Positions 47,919-58,500 of a stretch of 64,000 nt of DNA are shown here, in pieces; position 1 is the stretch's first letter; each line of letters begins with the position of its first letter. Under the pieces are notes generated by a model. It searched no databases. It saw only the letters and a list, made by a program, of their open reading frames with translations, and had not been told where the DNA came from. Origin of the DNA: Rebecca billardiae RCC1528 (Eukaryota; Protista; Haptophyta); contig OZ251245.1 of assembly GCA_965240325.2 (NCBI GenBank), forward strand, positions 124,001 through 188,000. Reading direction: 5' to 3'. The translations under genes were made by a program, and so were the position numbers.

Positions 47919-50900
47919 ATGGGCCGCCGCCCCACGGGCCAGCACGCTGGCGGGGCCGCACTCGGCCCGCCCGCCCCGCACCGCCCCCGCCCCGCGCGCT
48001 GGAGCGCGCTCGCGCTCACGCTGCTCGTCGCGCTGGCGCAGCCGCAGCGCGGCGGCGGTCAGTTCAACCCGCCCAACCCGCCGCCCTCGCCGCCGCCGAG
48101 CCCGCCGCCGAGCCCGCCGCCGAGCCCGCCGCCGAGGTCTCCGCCGCCGCCCCCGCCGCCGCCGAGCCCGCCGCCCTCACCACCGCCGATCCCGCCGCCC
48201 TCGCCGCCGCCGCGCCTGCCGCCGCGCCCGCCGCCCAGCCCGCCGCCCAGCCCGCCGCCGAGCCCGCCGCCGCCGAGCCCGCCGCCGTCACCGCCACCGA
48301 GCCCACCGCCGAGACCGCCGCCGCCCTCGCCGCCGCCCAGCCCGCCGCCCTTGCCGCCGCCCTCGCCGCCGCCCTCGCCGCCGCCCAGCCCGCCGCCGAG
48401 CCCGCCGCCCAGCCCGCCGCCCAGCCCGCCGCCCAGCCCGCCGCCCAGCCCGCCGCCCTCGCCGCCCCCCTTGCCGCCGCCCAGCCCGCCGCCCAGCCCG
48501 CCGCCCTCGCCGCCGCCCTCGCCGCCGCCCAGCCCGCCGCCCTCGCCGCCGCCCTCGCCGCCGCCTAGCCCGCCCCCACCCTCGCCACCGCCCTCGCCGC
48601 CGCCCTCGCCGCCGCCCAGCCCGCCGCCCAGCCCACCGCCCAGCCCGCCGCCCACGCCGCCGCCCAGCCCGCCGCCCAGCCCGCCGCCCTCGCCGCCGCC
48701 CTCGCCGCCGCCGAGCCCGCCGCCCTCGCCGCCGCCGAGCCCGCCGCCGAGCCCGCCGCCACCCTCGCCACCGCCATCGCCGCCGCCGAACCCGCCGCCC
48801 AGCCCGCCGCCCTCGCCGCCGCCCAGCCCGCCGCCGCCCTCACCACCGCCCTCGCCGCCGCCAAGCCCGCCGCCCAGCCCGCCGCCCTCGCCGCCGCCGC
48901 CCAGCCCGCCGCCCTCGCCGCCGCCCAGCCCGCCGCCGCCCTCACCACCGCCATCACCGCCGCCGAGCCCGCCGCCGAGCCCGCCGCCGAGCCCGCCGCC
49001 CAGCCCGCCGCCCGGCCCGCCGCCGAGCCCGCCGCCCTCGCCGCCGCCCAGCCCGCCGCCCGCGCCGCCGCCCTCGCCGCCGCCGAGCCCGCCGCCCGGC
49101 CCGCCGCCCTCGCCTCCGCCGCCACCGTCGACGCCGCCGCCGCCGCCGTTTACGTCACCGTCGCCGCCGCCGCAGCCCTCGCCGCCGCCCTTCGAGCTCG
49201 CGACGCTCGAGGCGTCCGCGCTGCTCGACGCCAGCCCCGCCGAGTTCGCCGTCGACACAGCAATGGGCAGCGAGCTCGAGCGCGCCTACGCCCGGATCGC
49301 TGGACTTGACGAAACGCGCGTGGCGGTGGTCGACGCGGTGGCCGAGCTGCCCGCGCGGCGGCGGCGGCGACGGCTCGGTGCCGCGCCCGCGACGGGCGGG
49401 GAGGCCGACGCGACGGACGACGGGGCGGACGACGGAGGGCCCCTGCGCGCGCGTGCGCGCTCGGCCGCCGATGACGACGGCGGCGCGCGCGCGGCGTCTG
49501 CGGCGGCGGCCGAGGCGGGCGCGCGCGGCCGCGCGGCCGAGGCCACCGGCAGGGGCGTGGGCGGGCGCGCGGCGCACGGCGCGCGCAGCCTCGCGCGCGG
49601 CGGCGGCGGCCGTGCCGCCGCGCCCGCGCCCGTCGCCGCGCCCGGCGATCCGGCTGGCGGTCGCGCGCCGCTGGCGCCACTCGCGACGCGGCGAGCGCGC
49701 GCGGGCGGTACGTCCCTGCTACCGCCGCGCCGGGCGCAGCCGGCATGGCGCGGCGGCGGCGGCGCCGAGCGCGCGAGGGCCGCGGCGTCCGCCGCGCCGG
49801 ACGGCGCGCGACACGCCGCCGCCGCCGCCGCCGCCGCGCTCGCCGTCGGCGCGGCCGCGCGGCCGCCCGCTGCCCCGAGCGAGCCGAACGCCAAGGCCAC
49901 CGCCCGCGCGGCGGTTGTCGCGGCGCGCGGCGCGGCCGCGGCTCCTGCTCCGGCCGCGGCGGCGCGGCGGCGGCGGCGCGCGCTCAGCGAGCCGGCCGGC
50001 GAGTGCGTGCGCGTCACCCTGGCCTTGACCGTGCTGTCGACCGACAAGTGGCCGATCGGCGGCGGCGACGCGCCGCGCACCGTCGCCACGGTCGCGGCGC
50101 GGCTGGGCGGTGCGACAGCCGCCGACGTTCTCGCGGAAGTCCCGGGCGGCGCGGACAGTGTTCCGCTGCTCGACGTCGCCTTCCTATCGCGCCCTCCGCC
50201 CTCGCCGCCCGCGCCGCCGAGCGCGCCTCCGACCGGCTTGAACTACACGGTGTGCGCGCGCGCCCGCACCGCGCGCGCGCGCGTGCGCGGGGTGGCGGGC
50301 GTGGCGCGCACCCGTGTGCCCCTGGCCCGCGCTGCCTGCCGCGCCGTCCCAGCGCGTGCGCCGTGCCGTCCCAGCGCGTGCGCTGTGCCGTCCCAGCGCG
50401 TGCGCTGTGCCGTCCCAGCGCGTGCGCCGTGCCGCCCCTGTGCCGCCCGCGTGCGCTGCGGCGGCGCACGGCTGCGCGGCAGCTGCGAATGCCGCGTGCG
50501 CCGCCGTGGCGGCGTCCGTCCGCATTCTCGCGGCCGTGTCTGGTCTAACAAGCGACCCCGCCGCCGCCGCTGCCGCCGCTGCTGCGCAGTCGAAGGGCGC
50601 CGAGCCGGATCAGGAATTCGCCGACCCGCGGCTTGTGGGCGTGACGGTGGGCGGCGTCGCTGCGCTGTCGACGATCGTGCTCGTGCTCTGCGCGGGTGTC
50701 GCAGTGGGCACCATGGTCGTCATCCAACGGCGAGAGCTCGGAGGAGTGCGCGCACGCGCGAACCCGAGCCCTTACCCTCACCCCTGGGGCACGCGCCGCG
50801 CCGCGCCGCTGCGCACCGCGGCTGCGCCCCAGGCGGGCGGCAGGCTCTGGAGTCGCGCGCGGCGCCACGCGACGCGGGGGCGGCGCGCGGCACGCTACGC

Positions 50901-51509
50901 CCGGCGGTCGACGCGCCCGGCGCCTTCCGACGCGCACGGTCGGGTGCTCACCGCCCGAGCGCCGCGCCGCCCGACCGCCCGCCCGCCCGCCGCCGCACTC
51001 CGCGCCGCGCGCCTCGGCCTGCCCACCGCAGTACCTGTTCGGCGAGACGCCCTTCACCGAGCTCGAGCAGAAGGTAGCCGCCATGCAGATTCAGGCCGTG
51101 GCGCGCGGCATGCGCGACAGGAAGCGCGTGAGCCGGCTGCAAGCGCAGAGGGCGGAGGTGCGCGCGCGTGCGCACGCCCGCGCCGCGCCGCGCCGCCGCG
51201 CCGCGCTGCCTCGCGCCGCACCCGGCGCCGTCCGCTGCCGGCGCGGCGGCGCGGCGCGGCGCGGTCCCGTGACTCAACATGCCCGCGCGACACCCCGGCG
51301 TGCGCGCCGCGCTCCGCGCCCCTCCCGCGTGCGCGGCGCAGCGCGAGCGCCTCGAGGCGGAGGAGAAGGCGCGGCAGGAGTACCGCCGCTCCGCCTTTGA
51401 CCAGGCGCGGGACATGGCGATGCGTGCGCGCGAGCAGCAGGTCGGGATGCTGGGCCGCGCGCGCGCGCTGTTTGGGCCGCGCGAGCAGTACCCGGAGGAG
51501 CAGGTGTGA
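47919..51509 (+). CDS. Extensin/HRGP-like (SPPP)n type I membrane protein with a cytoplasmic IQ motif, ~926 aa
   Basis: Signal-like segment WSALALTLLVALA; ~370 aa of SP3/SP4 repeats (48070-49190). Phase-0 introns at 50250-50589, 50746-51031 and 51158-51341. TM segment LVGVTVGGVAALSTIVLVLCAGVAVGTMVVI, followed by AAMQIQAVARGMRDRKR and a charged coiled coil. Confidence 0.75.
50340..50440. repeat. 22-bp intronic minisatellite (GCCGTCCCAGCGCGTGCGCYGT) x ~4
   Basis: Read directly from sequence. Confidence 0.8.
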
Positions 51510-51892
51510 CGAGCCTCCCGGGCCGGACCGGCCGGGGGCAAGGGCCGTGCTGCAGCGCGGGGCCACGCCTGCGAGCAGCGTCGGGGCCGCCAGCCGCGGG
51601 GCCGAGCGCCTCCGGGGCGCCCGCCGCCCGCCCGCCGCTGGCGCCGCAGGCATCCTGGATAGTGGATTCCTGGCCGGTCGGCAGCGGCCGCGCGCCCGCA
51701 CAGTTCGTCGCCGCTTACAAAAACGAGCAAAGTACCCACATTGAGCCAAAACTCATATACGGGACCTGCCCGTGCATATGTGCCGCCCGCCGCCGCCGCC
51801 GCAGCGCTTCGTTCAAAGCAAGGAGCAAGCAAGAGCGGCAGCTTCGGCGGCGGTCTGATTACTCGGACGACGACGGGACGACGAACGGCGCG

Positions 51893-52969
51893 ATGATGCA
51901 CTGGTTCGTGTACGCCCTGGCGCTGACGACGACACGCCTGCCCAAGCCCACGCTCCCGTTCCGCTCCGCCGCCGCCCGCGCCGAGGTCGCCCTCGAGGCC
52001 GAGCCCGACGTGACGGCGCCCATCCCGGACGCGGCGCTGGACGAGGCGGACGTACCCGGCGTCACGCGCCGCGTGCCCAAGGACCAGACGGCGGCGGCGA
52101 TCGACTTCTTCGGCTCGGTGCGTGACGCGCCGTCTGCTCGCCGCTATGCGCGCATGCCGCACGCGCGCGCGTGCCCGACCGGCCGTCCGACGCTCGTGCC
52201 GCGCGCGCGCGCTCCGCACCGGCGCGACGCTCGCAGGAACGGACACCCGCCGCCCTCGTCGCCGGCGCGACGATCTCGATCATCTTCGGCTACCCGCTCA
52301 AGCCGGTGGGTGACGACCCGCTGATCGCGCTGGTCAAGCGCCTGTACATGATGTGCGCCGTCGCCTCGATCGCCAACACGCTCATCGCCGTCTTTGCGGC
52401 GTCGCTCGCCATCGTCCGCCTTCGGAGCAACGTGCACGAGCCGATCGCAAAGGACGCGCTCGTGATGATGCTGCGCGAGACGCCGGTGTACTTCCTCGCG
52501 GTGCGCGCACACTTCCTCACCGGCGTACTCTGCTTCACCGCCGCGCTCTCCGTGCGCATCTGGTCCGAGAACAGCATCGGCAGCCCACTCTTTGCGCGCG
52601 CACTGCTCACGCAGCTCGGCGCGGCCGGTGCGCGCCGCGCCCGCGCGCCGCGACGACGCGCCCCGTGGCGGCGCGCGGTCTTCCGAGCGAGCGCGAGCCC
52701 CCCGGCCGCGGCGCCGCCCGCCGCCCGCAGTGTGCTTCATGGTCTCCCTCTTCAACACGACGCTCATCCACTTCGAGTCGTTCGGCCACCTCTGGTGGTG
52801 CTACATCCAGTGCCTGTGGAACCGACTGCGCATCCGCAACCCGACGGTCGGGCACCGCGCGGGCGTGCTCGCGGCGATGGCGATCGTGCTCACGCTCTAC
52901 TCCACTGGCGCCGGGGCGTACGTGCTGTACTACTACACCGTGCGCGCGGCGAAGGGCTTCTTCGCCTAG
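51893..52969 (+). CDS. Uncharacterised multi-pass membrane protein with a possible N-terminal targeting peptide; two introns
   Basis: Spliced frame MMHWFVYALALTT...AIDFFGS|ERTPAALVAGATISIIF...HFLTGVLCF...|VCFMVSLFNT...GFFA*. High GC3, about five hydrophobic helices, GTGCG...CAG introns near 52117-52236 and 52628-52730. Confidence 0.65.
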
Positions 52970-53824
52970 CCGAGTCCGGGGAGCGATCTCGCTAAATCTC
53001 GCCCCACGGCGCGGCGGCGCCTCGCCGCCAACCGCGGAGCGAGCAGCTGGCAGGCTGGTCCGGCCCATTGGCCCCGGGTGGTTCGCAGCTGCAGCTTGGG
53101 GCGTGCAGTATCAGGCCTGCTGGCGACGGCCGCTCTGCTCGCGATGGTCGGTGTGGAGGTGCGCCGTGATGTATACATTCCGGGACCGCAGCGGCGTGCG
53201 CGTGCTGCGGTGGCGGTCGTGGGCTTGCATGGGCGGGCGCCCGGGGCGGGCCCGCGGTGTGCCGCGCCGCCGCGCACGGGCGGCCGGCACGCAGCAGGCT
53301 GTATATAGTGAGCACTGACGATGCTGAAGTAGTAGAACGTGCTACCAGCTGCTAGTCGTCCGGATTCAGATTGTCGTCGTCATAAATATTATATATATAT
53401 TTATTAATATATAATCAGCAAATAATATATATATTATTATAATATTGTTCGGTCGTCGAACTATTATTCGATCTATTATATATATATTGGCATATCAGTC
53501 GTCCGTGCCGCGCGTCCGTCACTCCACCGGCACGTCTTCCGCACGCCGCCAATGGCGCGCGCGCGCCGCATCCACTCGGGCCGATCGCCGAGCTGCATAT
53601 ATCGGGCGCGGCGCCGCGCACGGGTTGGGTTCGGACCGGGTGCGGCTAGTCGGACCGGGCTTCCGTGCTGCGGCTCTCCGTGCCGCGGTGGCATGGCCAG
53701 CACCCGGCCAACCGCACAGGATCAGTCACCAGGTTCAGCATGCATCATGCACGTGCAAACACAAGGGTCAAGCAAAGTCAGCAGACGAGAAGTCCGTCAT
53801 CACGTCAGGCTCGAGTCCGGCAGG

Positions 53825-55971
53825 TTACTTGCGCGGGTCGAGGACGGCGATGTCCTTCTCGTCGAAGAGCCGCGGCACGATGTACAGCCGCACGGGCACG
53901 AGCGCGGCGATGAGGAACGGCATCGCGCCGCCCGCGCCGACGTATCGCAGCACGACGATAATCACGAAGCACACGAGCTGCAGCGCCGTGAACTTGTGGA
54001 TCGTCGACACCTCGAGCTGCTCCACCCACTCCTCGTCCGGCCACCGGTCCATCTCCCACGTGGCGAAGAGGAACATGCGCGTGAACATGTTGTTGCCGCG
54101 GATCGACGACATGCCGAGGTAGAGGAAGATGCCGATGATCAGGTACTGCGGCACGAGCTTGAGCAGCGGCGTGAGCGCGAGCGAGACGAACATGAAGAGG
54201 TGCACGATCAGGTGCGTGAAGCGCTGCTCGACCATGCCGACGATGCGCGTCTCGCGGTTGCCCTCCTCGTCCGTGACCGTCTCGTAGATCGTGAGCGCAA
54301 ACACGTGCGCGAGCGAGCGCACGGTCGCCGCGTGCGTGAAGGGCAGGCCGATGAGCGAGAGCAGCGGGTACATGCCCGCGCCGCACACGAACAGGTCGAG
54401 GTGGTAGCCTGCGGGCGGTCGGGGCACGGCGCGCGAGGCGGCACGGCGGTGAGCACGTGTTCGAAGCGCGCGTGCCGCGCGGTGCGGCGGTCGCCGCGCG
54501 GCAGCCGCTGCGTGCGTGGGCAGCGCAACGCAACGCACCGGGCGACTTCTTGTAGAGGCGCTCGCGCTTGTTCACGATCACCTCCGTCAGGTTCTGGTCG
54601 AGGTAGCCGAGGATCGTCAGGCCGGCAGCGAACGGGATGGTGAGGAACACGCCCCAGAACTGCGGAGCAGGGCGAGCGCGCGCGGCCGCGGGCGGAGAGA
54701 GGGGTCGTGTGAGCGGGCGAGGCGACGTGCGCGCGGGCGGGCGGCTGTACGCAGCCGCGAGCGGTCGCAGGCCGCGCCGCGCGCGTGGCACGCACCGGGA
54801 ACGGCTTCTCGATGCCCGACGGGTCGACGAACCACGGGCGCGGCTGGCCGTTGCTGAGCGTGAGCGTCGGGCGCACGGTCTCGGGCACGTTGAGGAACTG
54901 CAGGTCGGTGATGCCCATCGCGGGGATGACGAGGTTGGTGATGAGCGTGCCGAGGAAGATCACGATCACCACGCCGTAGTTCGAGATGTGCTTGCGGTAC
55001 GTCTTGTTGAACCAGTCCGACGCGCGCAGGTCGCGGAACTTGACGCACGAGATGTACGTGCACGCGGTCAGGATGGCCGAGAAGAGCTGCGTGCCGAGCG
55101 TGCGGTCGGAGAGGAAGATGCGGATGATGGCGGTGAGCGCGGCGGCGATCTCAAGCACCGAGACGATCGACGAGAAGATCTCCTCCGTGAACTGCGTCAC
55201 GTACTTCATCAGCGCGCTCCAGTCGAACACGGCGCACATCACGGTCATCACCGCGGTGAACATGCCCTGCCACCAGCGCGCGGGCAAGAACTCGATGTCG
55301 AGCTGCTGGCACAGCTGGTAGAAGACGACGGTGTACGCGAGCTCAGGGCCGGTGGCGCCCATGATCGTGAGCGGCTGCCCCGAGAAGAGCGCGTAGATCA
55401 CGCCGCAGATCGCCGTCGAGAGCACCGTCTCGATGATGCCCACCTGGCCCTCGGTCGCGACGTCGAAGAGCGCGCCGAACGCGAGCGCGGGCGCGTAGCA
55501 CGCGAAGAAGAGGAAGATCGACGCCGGCGCGACCATCGCAAAGTTGCCGCCGGTGAACGCGTCCGTCCAGTCCGAGATGTACGTCTTCGGGTTGAGCCGC
55601 CGCTTGATGTCGATCATGAGGCCGCCGAACGCCCACTTGCCCGACCACTCGAGCGGGCCGGGCATGCCGTCACCCTCCCACGGGTCGACGATGGTCTGCT
55701 TCTTGGCGCCCGACTCGGGATCCATGTCCGGGTCCGTGCGCACCGGTGCCGCCGGTGTCGGGGCGACCTCGACATAGGCAGGCTCGTTCTTCGGCGTGCG
55801 AAGACGCGAGCGCGGGCGCGAGCCGCCACGCGAGCGATCGCGCGAGCGGCCGTACTGGGGCGAGGCCTCGGGCGGCGGCAGGTGGTCGCCGACCGGGATG
55901 TTGTTGTTGCGCCGGTGGTCATCCACCTCGTCGTTGTACGGCATGTCGCCACTCGCGTTGAAGGTCGACAT
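53825..55971 (-). CDS. SLC4: SLC4/BOR1-family anion (HCO3-/borate) transporter, copy 1, intact, ~626 aa, lacking the large band-3 cytoplasmic domain
   Basis: Motifs DIKRR...YISDWTDA, IFLFFAC, FSGQPLTIMGATGP, TQFTEEIF, LDQNLT, KKSPGYHLDL, HAATVRSLAHV, EQRFT, GIFLYLG, IHKFTALQ. Introns at 54660-54795 and 54409-54538. Confidence 0.95.
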
Positions 55972-56966
55972 CGCTGGCGGTGTCGTGCGCACGCGAGCCG
56001 GCCGTCGATCGAGGGATCAGGCGCACCCGGGTCGCAGGTCGTTTGCCGGATGCTCGGCGGGTTGAGTTCCTCGGCCTCCCGCCGCGTAATTGCGTTGACG
56101 AAGGGTGCACAACCTTCCAGCGCCAGGCTCTGAAGATGCGCAAGATTCCCTCTTCCCGAAGGTGTGTGGCGGTTGGCCGACACCTGTAACGAATACGACC
56201 AGCTGGCGCGTTGTATACAAATGTTCCGGTTCGTGGGATCATGCAGAGAAGCAGCCCAATGAGCCTATGTGATTGGTAGATAACATCAAGTCTTCTCAGG
56301 CTCGGCACTGTACATATATTTATGACCGTTACGCCAGGCCTGTAGCTTATTGCATGAGGCTTGATCGTTCGGGTCAGGCCCGCGCAACCGTCAAAATGAT
56401 AATGTGTTACCCTCATATTGGCTTGCGCTACCGGTTGGTTCACGTTCCTCATCAATCATCAACGATCGAATACTGTATTTTGGAATTCACCATGTCCATG
56501 TCTGATGCATTCCGGTCGAATCGAGGAATCTGAGAATCTCTGTATCACTATCACTCTCATAGTATCGAACATTCATTATGAGCTTATTGAGTTTGGCCGC
56601 TTGGTCCTGGCGTGGCGGCTGGCGCACCGCTCCGGCGAGCTTCGAGCAGAAGGGCCTCTCGCCGCTCCCCACGTCGGAGCGGAGGAGGAATCCTACCAAC
56701 GCCTGACGCTCTCAGCATGGTTCACACGACTCTCAGTCTCACTCTGGGCGAACCCATCGCCGTATCGTCGGCGGAATCCTCGCCGCTCGCGCCTCGCGGT
56801 GCGGCGGGCACTCTCCGGCCGGCCAGGCGGCCCGCGCCGCGGAGCTCACAATGCCGCCGCGCGCGCCGTTCTGCCAGGGGTTCACAGCCGCGTGAACAAT
56901 CCAGTCTGTAATCTGTCGTTGCTGGCTCGACGCGACACGTAAATTATATGTATAATCATGGCATCA

Positions 56967-57761
56967 TCAGCGTCTGCGTCGTCCTGACGTCATCACTCTG
57001 TCACGGCCGTACTGTGACTTCTCTAAGCCGGCCAGCGCAGAAACACACACAGCATTGGCTGCGACGGGCACGCTGGGGGTGCCGGCCTGCCACCTCTGCC
57101 CATCCGAGGCGCCTTTAACCCTGGTCCGCACTTGGACGCGCGCGGGCCGGACACGCCCAACGGCGGCCGCCCGCGTGTGCGCAGCGATCGGAAGGGCACA
57201 GCAGAATGTGCTGACGGCCTGGAACACGACAGCGAGCGCGATGATGGCCTCCGCGTAGAGCGCGCCTATCTGCGTAGCGCTGCGCGAGCTATGCGCATGC
57301 TCGACACCGAGGTAGATCGCCGCCGCAAACTGTGCCACGAACGACAGCACAAGCACGCACCGGTAGCTCGCCACCAAAAAGGTAGCGCAGATGTGGCGTA
57401 GTGCCTCGCGCGGTGTGCCGCCACGACTAGCGTGGCCGGGCTCGAAATCGATGCGGTACGGCTCGCGGCAGATAGCACACATAAAGCGCTCTCGCTCGCT
57501 TCCTTCGCGCTTCGCCGACGAGTTGAGCAGCTGTTGCAGGCATTCCGCGTGCATGCTGAGCGAGACGCATGCGCAGATGTCAGTGAGCAGAGGCTGAGCT
57601 GTCTCCTCCTCATCCACGTGGCAGATGAAGCACGTGCATGCCCTCGGTGCGGAAGCTTTTCCGACAGGCGTGGGCGGGCTGACGCCGACTTCGAGGTCGG
57701 GGCCTGGCCCGTCGCGAGGCAGCAGCCGTGCGGCTGCCCCACCAGCATGCTGCTGCGCCAT
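56967..57761 (-). CDS. RING-CH (RINGv, C4HC3) MARCH-like membrane E3 ubiquitin ligase, intronless
   Basis: CFIC...CAC...MHAECLQQLL...CAICREPY followed by two hydrophobic helices. ATG at 57761, with an alternative at 57836. Confidence 0.8.
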   Translation of the reverse strand: MAQQHAGGAAARLLPRDGPGPDLEVGVSPPTPVGKASAPRACTCFICHVDEEETAQPLLTDICACVSLSMHAECLQQLLNSSAKREGSERERFMCAICREPYRIDFEPGHASRGGTPREALRHICATFLVASYRCVLVLSFVAQFAAAIYLGVEHAHSSRSATQIGALYAEAIIALAVVFQAVSTFCCALPIAAHTRAAAVGRVRPARVQVRTRVKGASDGQRWQAGTPSVPVAANAVCVSALAGLEKSQYGRDRVMTSGRRRR

Positions 57762-58500
57762 CGCTGCGCTCCGAAGGCTGAAGTGCGAACTTACAAGGGG
57801 TACGACTGTACAGTTCGATTCCTTACAGTACTGCACTGTAGATTCCTGGAGTCAAACCCAACTCGAGACTTCATCAGCGTGAAAGGTATCGTGAGTAAAA
57901 TACGGTAGGCGGGTCAGAAGGACAGTCCGACAATCAACGAACGCCCTAAATGCAACATGTTTTTTAAGATTAGTGATGTTTTGCGCTGCTTCTTGACTCT
58001 TCGCGCCGCCAGCCTTTGACCACATCGTGCGCAAGCTGTGCACTTCCCTCTGCACGTGTGATGCGAGGCGGCCGAAACCTGGCCAAAGGGAATGCCGGCG
58101 ATCCGCCACCGACCGAAGTGCTACTGACCGACAGATTCCCTGAACCACACATGTTTTGCTGTGAAAAGATGCGCGAGGGCCCCGAACTCCGAGGCGCGCG
58201 CCATCAAAAACTGGCATCGGCGTCCCAATGCCCCACATTTCTGCTTCGCACCCAGCCTGCAACTCAGGACCGGCCGTCGATTGCCATCTAGTCGCGGACG
58301 TCGGACCGAGGTGCGCGCGATTCTCCGACGCGACCGCGCGACGTCCGCGCCGCGTCCGCGCGCGCAGCGCGTCCGCGCGCGCGCGCGCGCGGCCCAAACG
58401 CACGCAACGCTCATCCGACACCCGACGCGACCATTGCGTGCCTCGCATCTCGCGCCAATCTCGCCACGCAGGGCTCGCCACACTTTCGTGCGAGACCACG

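Noticed and set aside
48070-49190. Regular repeat array as a possible CRISPR-like or satellite structure
   Set aside because: There are no unique spacers; it is the coding (SPPP)n repeat with synonymous variation.
56408-56420. 13-bp match TACCCTCATATTG to the reverse complement of element A 25138-25150
   Set aside because: The match does not extend and no TIR or TSD was found around it, so it may be chance.
56418-56942. 174-aa ORF in the SLC4 spacer
   Set aside because: No motifs and inconsistent codon bias.
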